Below are positions 30,392 through 39,784 of a stretch of DNA of 64,000 nt, in pieces; position 1 is the stretch's first letter, and every line of letters begins with the position of its first letter. This DNA comes from Pseudomonadota bacterium (GTDB taxonomy: Bacteria; Bdellovibrionota; FAC87; UBA2466). The stretch covers positions 1-64,000 of the forward strand of contig JAYSWN010000068.1 of assembly GCA_043718025.1 (NCBI GenBank), in the 5' to 3' direction. A model generated the notes under the pieces. It was not told the origin of the DNA and ran no database searches. It saw only the letters and a program-made list of their open reading frames with translations. A program made the position numbers and the translations under genes.

Positions 30392-31636
30392 TTGAGTCTT
30401 CCCCATGGCCCGTCTCAAAGCCCGATCGAACAGACCTTTCATTGGTTCTCTAGGCCCTATGCCTTCTTGGACGAGTGCTCGGCTCAGTTTGGAGAAACCT
30501 TTTGCCTGAATTTTCAAGGCCTTGGCCCTCATGTGGTGACATCCGATCCGGAGTTCATTAGGGCAATTTTTCAAGGTGATGCGACCCAGTTTTTAGGCGG
30601 ACAGGGAAAAGAGATGTTGCGTCCCTTTCTCGGAGAAAATTCAATACTTCTCACCGATGGCCCGCTGTACCAAAAGCACCGCAAGGGCATGTTGCCGCTT
30701 TTTCGGCCGCCCTGGCTCGAATTGTGGAGAGACTCACTCAATGAGGTGACCGCCGAATGGTTGAGGGCATGCCGCAAAGAAAACCTTGTCCACGAGTTTT
30801 GTCTCGAAATTTCGCTTCATTTAATAGTTCGTGCGATCTTCGGCAAGGCAAGTGCCGCCACCGCCATTTCAGAGGTGGTTTTAGCGTTCATGACCGGTGT
30901 GAATTTTAATGCGCAGGCCGCTCTCGATGAGGGCGGCGGGGGCAAGGCGATGGAACGACTCCATCGGAATTTGAATCGGCTGGACACGGTAGTCGCCGCC
31001 GAAATTGCGCGTCAGAAAAATAATCCAGACGAGGAGGCTTTGCTTTTTGGTTTAGTGAAAACCGCCGAGTCCGAGGCCTGGAATGAAAAAGAGATTCGCG
31101 ATCAAGTGGTGACGTTACTTATCGCTGGCCATGAGACCACGGCCACTACGCTTGCCTGGACTCTTTTCGAAATCGCCAAATCTCCGTCCACAAAAAAAAG
31201 AATGGAGGCCTCTTGCGACGTTGCTTTTTTCGATTCAGTGATCAAAGAAGGGATGCGACTTTGGCCGGTGATTCCGGTCGTGGCCAGAAAATTGGATTCG
31301 GTTTTTTCGTTCGGCGAATGGACGTTTGAAAAAGGGGTGCATTTGGTTCCGTGCGTTTATCTGGCGCACCGCAGGTCTAGCGCGTTCAAGAATCCAACGC
31401 AGTTTTTACCCGATCGGTTTTTAACGCTGGATCCTTCGCCGTTCGAGTATCTCCCTTTTGGTGGCGGAGTGCGGCGTTGCCTGGGAATGGGAATGGCGAT
31501 GGAAGAGATGAACGCGGTGCTTCGCCAACTATTTCAACACTATCAGATTGAGTTCAGCGGAATGGAAAAGGTAAGGCCGGCACGACGCAGTGTGGCAATT
31601 ATTCCGTCCGGTCCTTTTCGTCTGAAATTGCTATAA
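30392..31636 (+). CDS. Cytochrome P450
   Basis: AGHETT, EGMR, PDRF, FGGGVRRCLG heme-Cys motif. Confidence 0.95.
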   Translation: MSLPHGPSQSPIEQTFHWFSRPYAFLDECSAQFGETFCLNFQGLGPHVVTSDPEFIRAIFQGDATQFLGGQGKEMLRPFLGENSILLTDGPLYQKHRKGMLPLFRPPWLELWRDSLNEVTAEWLRACRKENLVHEFCLEISLHLIVRAIFGKASAATAISEVVLAFMTGVNFNAQAALDEGGGGKAMERLHRNLNRLDTVVAAEIARQKNNPDEEALLFGLVKTAESEAWNEKEIRDQVVTLLIAGHETTATTLAWTLFEIAKSPSTKKRMEASCDVAFFDSVIKEGMRLWPVIPVVARKLDSVFSFGEWTFEKGVHLVPCVYLAHRRSSAFKNPTQFLPDRFLTLDPSPFEYLPFGGGVRRCLGMGMAMEEMNAVLRQLFQHYQIEFSGMEKVRPARRSVAIIPSGPFRLKLL

Positions 31637-31941
31637 TGACTGGTGTGAAATCAACCGCTACATACCAATTCAAAAGACCCGAGATCGAAGAGCGAACTCG
31701 GGCTACGATTCTAAAGGTCATGCAAAAGACCGTCGCTTTACGAAAGGCTGATTCGTTTGTTTCGGTACTGGGTTTCAATTCTCTGCGAATGGTTTCGCTT
31801 TCTCTCGCGTTAGAAGAGGAGTTTGGCAGTCAGCTTCTGCTGAACGACTGGATTGCTAGCGCTGACGATCCTCGTGATCTTACCGTGGGCTCCCTCTATG
31901 ACTACGTGGAGAAAGCGCTCGCTGACGGCCTGAACGCATAA
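31636..31941 (+). CDS. Acyl carrier protein
   Basis: LGFNSLRMVSLSLALEEEFG, TVGSL; TAATG coupling to the P450. Confidence 0.85.
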   Translation: MTGVKSTATYQFKRPEIEERTRATILKVMQKTVALRKADSFVSVLGFNSLRMVSLSLALEEEFGSQLLLNDWIASADDPRDLTVGSLYDYVEKALADGLNA

Positions 31942-32005
31942 TTCTGTTCAGATAGTAACCCCGCACTTTCTTTGCGCTTTGCCATTCCGGTAAAGGAGAT
32001 CTGTC

Positions 32006-33826
32006 ATGTCTTTGACGTGTGAAACCAAAGGGCCATACCTCCGGGTTTGGTTTGACACTCCCAATTCTGAAATTAATATTTTCGACCATCCTACCGCTGA
32101 AGCACTAACCAAAATTTTGGCAATCGTTGACCCTAGGATTCACAAAGCGGTTCTGTTTCTTTCCAGCAAACCGGCAAGTTACATCAACGGAGTTGGGCTG
32201 CTTTTGGCCAGCGCAATTAAGAACGCCGACGAGGCGATTAAGTTAACCGCACCCACTCGCCAGGCCTATCTAGCGGTTAAAAATTGCATTGTTCCAACGG
32301 TGGCCGTGGTCAAGGGCAGCTGCTTTGGATGCGGAGTTGAATTCATTTCACATTGCACGTACCGGGTGGCCGTCGAATCATTAGAAACTACTTTCTACAT
32401 GACAGAAATTCCTGAATACATTTTTGTTCCTGCATTCGGAGGCACTCAGCTTCTTCCCCCCCTGGTGGGCTTAGAGAAAGCTACCGATCTGATTTTGTGG
32501 GGTGAAAAGTGGGACACGCCTACCGCGAAGAGATTTGGTCTGCTCAATGAAACTGTCCCTCTGCTGAATTGGGAACGAAATTTAGAAAAACTTTTGCCAA
32601 AACTAATCGAAAAAAAAATGGAGAGAAAGAAAGCGCCGAAGAAGACGCACGAGTCTTTGTGGACCAAGACCGAAGGGCGCATTCTTTCGTTACCGCCTTC
32701 CTACCAAAAACCGTATCATGACGCCTATCACCTACTCCAGATTGGCGCGGCGGCTGACGCTTTTAACGAACTCACTTCGCGACGAGAACTTAAGGCGTCG
32801 ATGGAAAGCGTGATGCGAAACGAGAGCAAGATGGCGCTCTCATTTTTCTTTGTGCGACAGTCTGCTCGCCTGATTGCAGAAAAAGGGCGCCTCGATAACC
32901 AACGGGCAATTCTAAATCTGCGATTGCCCAAGGCCGCTATGGCTTGGGGCAGGTCATTGGTAAACCAGGATCCCGAGAGCTTTAGCTTCAAACTTCAGAG
33001 TTACGTGCCCGGCCGGGCGGCTGGCGTTTTTCTTGAAACCGGAAACAGTGAGTCCATTCCCTTCTACGTAGGTAGCGCTCCTTTAAACCAAAGGCGAAAC
33101 GAAGTTCCCCGCCACGGCGTTTACTGGCCCGGCTATCAGAGCCAATGCAAACTGGTCGAGATCCGCAACGTGGTTTCACCCTTGGCCCGGGCCGAGGTGG
33201 CGTTTTGTTTCCATAAAATGGGTTTTACGACGGTAGTTTCCCACGGCGAAGGGGGATTTTTTCTAGACGAGCTGTGGAAAAATACGGTTGGGGGGTTGGC
33301 GTCTCTTTGTGAGCATTCGGTCTCTCCTGAGGAGGTCATCGAATCGCTGTGCGATTTTGGCTTCCTTGATTTTCCGGCAACTTGGGCCAAGCGCTTTGGA
33401 ACATCGCTTACTTCATCCATTTCAAGGGCGGCGGCCGGCAATCAGAGGAAGGATCCACAAACCGGAGACAAGGTGCGGGCTTGGGCGGAGCGTTTGCAAA
33501 AGTCTCCGCGGCAGGTCGCCAAGACGGGAACCAGCATTAACCCAATTGTCGTTAAAACCCTCGTGGCCTGGTGGATGAGTGTTGTGGTGAAAACGTTCTC
33601 GGATTCAAAGATCGCCCATTTGGCGTTTGCCGATGTGGCGGCCCGCGAAATGTTGGGTTTCCCCCTGTCGCACTTAAGTCTTTCGCGTTTTGCTACCAAG
33701 AAATGGCTTAGAAGCGAGGTGCTGGCTTCGCATGAAGTGCTAGGGCAATTGCCGCCGGAAGTGGCTGACCCTCTTCGCTATTACACTGATTTCGAAACGG
33801 TGCGATCGCCGCGTCAGAGATCGTGA
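32006..33826 (+). CDS. Crotonase (enoyl-CoA hydratase) domain plus degenerate FadJ-like dehydrogenase half
   Basis: PTVAVVKGSCFGCGVE, MTE...PAFGGTQ; C-terminal half lacks the GxGxxG NAD motif. Confidence 0.8.
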   Translation: MSLTCETKGPYLRVWFDTPNSEINIFDHPTAEALTKILAIVDPRIHKAVLFLSSKPASYINGVGLLLASAIKNADEAIKLTAPTRQAYLAVKNCIVPTVAVVKGSCFGCGVEFISHCTYRVAVESLETTFYMTEIPEYIFVPAFGGTQLLPPLVGLEKATDLILWGEKWDTPTAKRFGLLNETVPLLNWERNLEKLLPKLIEKKMERKKAPKKTHESLWTKTEGRILSLPPSYQKPYHDAYHLLQIGAAADAFNELTSRRELKASMESVMRNESKMALSFFFVRQSARLIAEKGRLDNQRAILNLRLPKAAMAWGRSLVNQDPESFSFKLQSYVPGRAAGVFLETGNSESIPFYVGSAPLNQRRNEVPRHGVYWPGYQSQCKLVEIRNVVSPLARAEVAFCFHKMGFTTVVSHGEGGFFLDELWKNTVGGLASLCEHSVSPEEVIESLCDFGFLDFPATWAKRFGTSLTSSISRAAAGNQRKDPQTGDKVRAWAERLQKSPRQVAKTGTSINPIVVKTLVAWWMSVVVKTFSDSKIAHLAFADVAAREMLGFPLSHLSLSRFATKKWLRSEVLASHEVLGQLPPEVADPLRYYTDFETVRSPRQRS

Positions 33827-33883
33827 AGGTTTCTTAACTTTTGCCCGCCAAATACCGATAGGGAACATTAGAGGACCCTTATC

Positions 33884-36800
33884 GTGTTACAGCAAACCAC
33901 CGATACTGCGCAGGAAACTCTCCCTGCACTTGGCGAAAATCTTTCGCTGATGTGGGAGAGAATTTCCCGTTTCGCGCAATCTGATCCTAAAAGAGTCGCT
34001 TTGAGCCGTCTTTCGGCTCGCGGCGGTGAATTTACTGAAGACACTATCACCTACGGAAAATTGGAGCACGAAGCTCTCTCATTGGCGGTCTACTTTAAAT
34101 CGCGCGGCTACTCCAAGGGGTCGTGTGTTCTTATGCTCGTTGAAGACCCCATTGATTTTGTCACCACACTTCTGGGGTTAACCCGGGCGGGTCTGGTGCC
34201 GGTTCCGCTTCCTCCCTTTCGCGGATTCGGGCGGATGCCGGCTTTTGAAGAGCGCTTGCAGGGAGTGGTGCGAGTCTGCCGGCCATGCCTCGTGGTTTCC
34301 GATGACACTCATTCGTGGAAAAAGAACAAAGACGAGATGGTGGCGCAGATTCCCTGCGAACACATCAGTCACGTTCGCGCTGAGTCTCTCATCCGCGAGA
34401 AACTTAAGGAAGATCGTGACCTTCCCTTGCCCACCAAAGACGACATCGCCTTTTTACAATTCACCTCGGGGAGTACCGGAGAACCCAAGGGCGTTGTCAT
34501 CACTCACGAAAATTTAGCGGCCAATCTAACGGCGATGGGTCTGGCGACCGAATTTCGAGCCGATTCCGATCGTGTCGTGTCTTGGCTTCCTCTCCATCAT
34601 GACATGGGCCTAGTGGGAGGCCTGTTATTCCCCCTTTATTGGAAAGTGCCCACCTACTTGATGTCACCTTTGAACTTCGTGGCTCAGCCATCGAGCTGGC
34701 TCTGGGCAATTCACCGCTATCACGCCACGATGACGGTGGGCCCTAACTTCGCCTATTCAGTGTTGGTAAAGCGGGCTCCGGACTGGGAACTAACTGGTCT
34801 CGACCTTTCTACATTGCGCTTGGCTTTCTGTGGCGCCGAACCCATCGATAGCAAAGTGATTACCCAGTTCAATCGGCGATTTTCTGCCTTCGGAGTCCGT
34901 TCCAGCGCCTTCTTTCCGGTATATGGAATGGCCGAAGCCACGCTCGCCGTAACTTTTCCTCCGTTGAATCAAGAAGCAGTTTATGAAAACGTGAATCGGG
35001 CTCACCTCATTGAGAATGCCGAGGCCATCGTTTCTTTACAGGATTCTACCATTCCTTGCGTTTCTGTCGGCCAGCCTTTGCCAGGTCACAAGGTGAGCAT
35101 TCGCAGTTTAGAGACTGATGAAGTGCTTGGAGATCGAAAGGTCGGTGAGATCGTCGTGTCCGGCCCCTCGATCAGTCGCGGCTATTTTGGTTTACCGCTG
35201 CGCTCTGGAGAATTGAAAACCGGCGACATTGGCTATCAGGCCAACGGAACTCTTTTTGTTATCGATCGCAAGAAAGATCTGATCATCATTGCCGGTCAGA
35301 ACTATTATCCCTCAGATTTGGAGCGTCATCTGGCGATGGTGGCTGGCATTCGCACGGGACGAGTCGCCACTTTCTCAGTCTCTAACGGTAGCGAGATTGA
35401 AGAGCTGGTAGTCGTAGCGGAACTCGGCCCTCATTCCTTCTCGCAACGCGATCAGATCCGACGCGAAATTGAAGGTAAAATTCATGAAACGTTTGGTCTT
35501 TCGGTCGCAAAAATAATTTTCGTCATGCCTGGCCGTCTCCCCAAAACCACAAGCGGGAAGATTCGTCGGAAAGAGTGTGCCGAAATTTACGAACGCGGCG
35601 GATTCGCGAACCAATTTACCAAAGCACAAAGGGCATCACTGGCGGTTAAGAGCGGGCTTCGGCGTATCGTAATGCGACTCGTTCGCCTCAAAGCAGATGG
35701 CTGGAAACAGGTTTTCGACCAGGTCATGGAAGTCATCGAGTATTTTGTGCCGCCCGCGCTTCGCCAGGCCGATGCCGAGACCAAACGCCGCGCCAACTTG
35801 GTCGTCTTCTTTGCCTTTGCGGTTTCATTTTGGGCACCGGTATATGGCGCCGTATACGCTTTTGTATTGGAACTCCCGGTTGTTGGTTTCGCTATCTTGC
35901 TCGCCGGGGTCGGTGGCGCCGTGGTGCCGATATTGTTGCGCTTCACCGGGCGCATCAACCTTGCCGGTAATCTGTTAACCTTTCATTTGTTTTGGATCTT
36001 GTCTTACGCCGCGTGGTACAGCGGGGGACAAGGGTCGGCCCCTTTGATGTGGATGGTAGCGGTTCCCATGGTTGCCATTTGCATGTCCGGAACGAAGGCC
36101 GGAGTCCATTGGGGCGTAGCCGCCCTGGTCGAGCTTTTGGCCTTTTTTTGTTTCGATAAATTGGGCTGGGGAAGTCCACATGAATTGAGCGTGGATAAAG
36201 CGCGCTTTTTAAATACTTCGGTACTATGCGGATTGCTCACTTTGATTACTACGCTGACGTTGCTCTATGAAGCGATGAAAAAAATGGCAATGCAAACGAT
36301 CGAGGCCAACAATAAAGCGATCGCAAAGGGCCACGCTCGTTTGGGAGCCGTTTTAGATCACGCGCCAAACGGCATTGTTACCGTGGACCAGTTTGGCGCA
36401 ATCGAAACCAGCAATCGGGCTGCGGAGCAAATGTTTGGTTTCACGAGCGGCGAGCTTAAAGGAAAACCTTTCAATTCTTTGTTGGTGCGGCTTTCTCTAG
36501 TTCATGGCGAAGAGACAATCGAGGTGCCGGCTTTTCGCGATCTGTTCAAATCAGGCGGTAAACATTTTGAGGCGGTGGCCACCAACCGGGCCGGCAGCAC
36601 CTTTGCGGTGGAATTCGGGGTGAGTGAGGCTGCGCTCGACCATTGGCGAATTTATACCATCATAATTGAAGATGTTACTGACCGTAAGCGTGCGGGTATG
36701 GAGTTGTTGAGGGCAAAAGAAATTGCGGAGGCCGCAAATATAGCAAAATCTACGTTTCTTGCGAATATGTCGCACGAGCTGCGCACGCCGATGCACGGTA

Positions 36801-37462
36801 TCATCAGCTACGCCACATTCGGTCGGCGCGAATATCAAAAAGCATCTCCAGAAAAAATCTCGGGCTACTTTCAACACATTTTAGAAAGCGCCCACCGGTT
36901 GCTTAGTCTGCTGAATAATCTATTAGATCTTTCAAAATTCGAAGCTAATAAAATGAGATTTCAGCTCATCAAGGCAGATTTGGCACGGGTAGTGGAAATG
37001 GTTCATGGAGAATTGGCCGGCTACGCTAAAGAAAAAAGCGTGGAAATTTTATTCGAAAGACCAGCCAAACCGATAGCCTGTGCGTTTGATGACGAAAAGA
37101 TATCCCAAGTGGTCCGTAATCTGTTTTCGAACGCGATCAAATTTTCAAATCCGCAAACTGCGATTAAAATTGAAATTGGTTATACTGAACTGCCGCAGCG
37201 TGGAGTCTATTTTGCAATCACAAATCAGGGTGTCGGAATTCCCGCCAACGAATTAGAACTTATTTTTGATAAGTTTGTACAAAGCAGTAAAACCCATTCT
37301 GGTTCCGGTGGTACGGGCTTAGGCCTGGCGATATGCCGCGAAATTTTGAATGGGCATAAAGGCAAAATATTTGCGTCGAATGACAATGATGGACGAACCC
37401 GATTCACATTCATTCTACCTGCACAAGTTGAAGTCCTTGCAAAAAATCTGGAGGCAGCATGA
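33884..37462 (+). CDS. Fatty acyl-AMP ligase fused to membrane sensor-PAS-histidine kinase
   Basis: FLQFTSGSTGEPKG, WLPLHHDMGL, YGMAEATL, TGD, RKKDLII, LPKTTSGK; then ~6 TMs, PAS, NMSHELRTP, NAIKF, GTGLGL in one uninterrupted ORF. Confidence 0.9.
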   Translation: MLQQTTDTAQETLPALGENLSLMWERISRFAQSDPKRVALSRLSARGGEFTEDTITYGKLEHEALSLAVYFKSRGYSKGSCVLMLVEDPIDFVTTLLGLTRAGLVPVPLPPFRGFGRMPAFEERLQGVVRVCRPCLVVSDDTHSWKKNKDEMVAQIPCEHISHVRAESLIREKLKEDRDLPLPTKDDIAFLQFTSGSTGEPKGVVITHENLAANLTAMGLATEFRADSDRVVSWLPLHHDMGLVGGLLFPLYWKVPTYLMSPLNFVAQPSSWLWAIHRYHATMTVGPNFAYSVLVKRAPDWELTGLDLSTLRLAFCGAEPIDSKVITQFNRRFSAFGVRSSAFFPVYGMAEATLAVTFPPLNQEAVYENVNRAHLIENAEAIVSLQDSTIPCVSVGQPLPGHKVSIRSLETDEVLGDRKVGEIVVSGPSISRGYFGLPLRSGELKTGDIGYQANGTLFVIDRKKDLIIIAGQNYYPSDLERHLAMVAGIRTGRVATFSVSNGSEIEELVVVAELGPHSFSQRDQIRREIEGKIHETFGLSVAKIIFVMPGRLPKTTSGKIRRKECAEIYERGGFANQFTKAQRASLAVKSGLRRIVMRLVRLKADGWKQVFDQVMEVIEYFVPPALRQADAETKRRANLVVFFAFAVSFWAPVYGAVYAFVLELPVVGFAILLAGVGGAVVPILLRFTGRINLAGNLLTFHLFWILSYAAWYSGGQGSAPLMWMVAVPMVAICMSGTKAGVHWGVAALVELLAFFCFDKLGWGSPHELSVDKARFLNTSVLCGLLTLITTLTLLYEAMKKMAMQTIEANNKAIAKGHARLGAVLDHAPNGIVTVDQFGAIETSNRAAEQMFGFTSGELKGKPFNSLLVRLSLVHGEETIEVPAFRDLFKSGGKHFEAVATNRAGSTFAVEFGVSEAALDHWRIYTIIIEDVTDRKRAGMELLRAKEIAEAANIAKSTFLANMSHELRTPMHGIISYATFGRREYQKASPEKISGYFQHILESAHRLLSLLNNLLDLSKFEANKMRFQLIKADLARVVEMVHGELAGYAKEKSVEILFERPAKPIACAFDDEKISQVVRNLFSNAIKFSNPQTAIKIEIGYTELPQRGVYFAITNQGVGIPANELELIFDKFVQSSKTHSGSGGTGLGLAICREILNGHKGKIFASNDNDGRTRFTFILPAQVEVLAKNLEAA

Positions 37463-39048
37463 GCAATGAATTGCCGAAACTTGGAAGTGTCTTGGTCGTC
37501 GATGACGATCCCCGTAACCTCGATATCATCTGCCATCTGCTGGAAGATCTGGTGAAGGAAGTGGTAACCGCAGCCGATGCTAAGGAAGCCATTCAAAAAT
37601 TGGAAACTTTCGATGCGGACCTGGGACTGTTCGACATCATGATGCCTGGCATGAACGGTTACGAACTTTGTCAGTTGGCAAAAGAGAAATATCCGCACCT
37701 TAAAGTAGTATTAGTTTCGGCCAAGGCCTCTTTAGAAGAACGCATGGCCGGCTATGACGTGGGGGCGGACGACTACATTCCCAAACCTTTCGATCACGAT
37801 GAGTTTATCGCCAAAGTACGGGTACTCATTAAACTGCAATTGGTTGAGAAGGAGCTGCGTCAATTCAACCAGGATTTAGAAACGCGGGTGCTGGAGCGTA
37901 CCCAAGAAGTACAGAACATGTACCAGCAGCTTCTCTTGTCATCGAAACTGGCTTCGTTAGGTGAGCTGTCGGCAAGTATCGCCCACGAAATTAACAATCC
38001 CCTTACCATTCTCAAAGGGAACGTTGATTACCTGCGCGAAGTGCTTGAAAAGAAAGGCTCTAAAGAACTGATTGCGGTTTTAGACCAACAAGACAAGGCG
38101 ATTGTGCGGGTGGTGAACATCATTCAGGGGCTTCGTCGCCATGCCCGCCACGATGACGCGGAAGTCGTTAGCTTTAATGTGCACAAATCAATTGAGGAGA
38201 CTCTTTCGTTGATTCGTCCCTTGCTCAGTGGCGACAACGTCGCGTTGGTTACGAATTTATCCGCCGATTCACCCTACACCCGGGGGGTTCCGACGCGATT
38301 TCAACAAATTCTGATGAATTTGGCGACCAACGCCCGTGATGCCCTTAAAGGAGTCGCTGGAGCAACAATTGAAATTTCTACCCGCAGCGTAAAAGACAAA
38401 TTAGAGATCGCGATCTCAGATAATGGCTGCGGCATTCCCGATCCAGTACGAAATAAGATCTTTGATCCGTTCTTCACGACCAAGGCAGTTGAACAAGGCA
38501 CTGGTCTAGGTCTTTCGATTGTGGGTTCGATTATTTCTGAAATGAATGGCACGGTGCAGGTGAGTTCGTCGCCCAATCGGGGGACCACTTTCACGCTATA
38601 TTTTCCCTGTCTTCGCTCGGAAGAGGTGCTGTTCCAAAAAGAGGCGGGGAGCGGGGCGGCCCCGGCCGAGATTCAGCTTAAAGGAAGAGTTTTGGTGGTG
38701 GAGGACGAAGAGGTGATTGCCCACTTGGTCAGTCGCTATTTGCAGGACCTGGGGTTAGACGTCTCCACGGTACTTAATGGCGAAGACGGTTTAGAAAAAT
38801 TGAAACACGAAACGTTCGATTTAGTTCTCACCGATATGCAGCTTCCCCATCTGAAAGGTAACGAGTTGGTGGCGGAAGCCAAGCGGCTGGGACGATGGGG
38901 TAAAACTCGGGTCGTGGCGGTTACCGGACAGGTCGATCCGGCGCTGGCGCCTAAGGATGGAAAAAGAGGGGTGGTTGGTTTTGACGGCCTGCTTTCCAAG
39001 CCGTTCTCGAAAGGCGATGTTTATGCGATCGTTCGAGACCTTTTATAG
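37459..39048 (+). CDS. Hybrid kinase REC-HisKA-HATPase-REC
   Basis: VDDD/FDIMMP; IAHEINNP; NARDA; FFTTK; VEDE/TDMQLP; ATGA coupling to the upstream gene. Confidence 0.92.
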   Translation: MSNELPKLGSVLVVDDDPRNLDIICHLLEDLVKEVVTAADAKEAIQKLETFDADLGLFDIMMPGMNGYELCQLAKEKYPHLKVVLVSAKASLEERMAGYDVGADDYIPKPFDHDEFIAKVRVLIKLQLVEKELRQFNQDLETRVLERTQEVQNMYQQLLLSSKLASLGELSASIAHEINNPLTILKGNVDYLREVLEKKGSKELIAVLDQQDKAIVRVVNIIQGLRRHARHDDAEVVSFNVHKSIEETLSLIRPLLSGDNVALVTNLSADSPYTRGVPTRFQQILMNLATNARDALKGVAGATIEISTRSVKDKLEIAISDNGCGIPDPVRNKIFDPFFTTKAVEQGTGLGLSIVGSIISEMNGTVQVSSSPNRGTTFTLYFPCLRSEEVLFQKEAGSGAAPAEIQLKGRVLVVEDEEVIAHLVSRYLQDLGLDVSTVLNGEDGLEKLKHETFDLVLTDMQLPHLKGNELVAEAKRLGRWGKTRVVAVTGQVDPALAPKDGKRGVVGFDGLLSKPFSKGDVYAIVRDLL

Positions 39049-39775
39049 CTTTTCACAACCCTTACCCCCCCTACTCCAACTCGAGGAGGGCGAGGTTCAA
39101 GTGGTTCGTTTGAATATTGAGGAGCTGCGTCCTTTTCTGCGCGAGCTTCATGGCATTTTGACGCCTGAAGAACTTAAGCGCGCCACGCTCTTTCGCTATC
39201 CCAAAGATGGCGATGGCTTCATTTTGGTGCGTGGAGCGCTGCGGTTGATCTTGGGCCGTTATGCGGGGGTACACCCGCAAGAGATAGAGTTTGATCACAA
39301 CTCCCAAGGTAAACCGCGTCTGGTTAAGTCGCAAAACGACATGGGTCTGGAATTTAATGTCTCGTTTTCTGGTTCCATTGCCATTTACGCGTTTGCAAAG
39401 GGGATTTCCCTCGGAATTGATGTAGAGCAGCGCGATTCAAAACTAGATTTTAAAAGCGTAAAAGATCGGTTTTTGGACAAGATCGATTTCAATTTTTTGG
39501 AAGGGTTGCCGGAACTGCTCAAACGGGATGGCTTCTTTGCGTTGTGGACCCTGCGCGAGGCGGCCGCCAAAGCGGAAGGGGAAGGTATTTTTTTCAAAGC
39601 GGTAAACCGCCCCCTCCCACTCGATCACTGGACGGCAGTTTCCTTTTTTCCGGGCGCTGGTTACTCCGCCACTTTAGTGATGGAGCAGAAAGCCGAAGGT
39701 GGCAGCCGCCACGTTACTTTTTGGAGTTGGTCTAACACCGCCGTCGGCCTCTCGCACGGACCTGATCTTGAATAG
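39017..39775 (+). CDS. Sfp-type 4'-phosphopantetheinyl transferase
   Basis: GKP, FNVSFS, LGIDVE, FFALWTLREAAAKAEGEG. Confidence 0.88.
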   Translation: MFMRSFETFYSFSQPLPPLLQLEEGEVQVVRLNIEELRPFLRELHGILTPEELKRATLFRYPKDGDGFILVRGALRLILGRYAGVHPQEIEFDHNSQGKPRLVKSQNDMGLEFNVSFSGSIAIYAFAKGISLGIDVEQRDSKLDFKSVKDRFLDKIDFNFLEGLPELLKRDGFFALWTLREAAAKAEGEGIFFKAVNRPLPLDHWTAVSFFPGAGYSATLVMEQKAEGGSRHVTFWSWSNTAVGLSHGPDLE

Positions 39776-39784
39776 GAGTTTTCT

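Noticed and set aside
30326..30574. N-terminal extension of the hybrid kinase ORF in the track
   Set aside because: Antisense overlap with the P450 gene; MAKIEK at 30325 is the more plausible start
30392..39775. Classical NRPS/PKS lipopeptide cluster or beta-oxidation operon
   Set aside because: No KS, C or TE domains, thiolase or acyl-CoA dehydrogenase; the adenylation domain has FAAL-type motifs and an ACP partner
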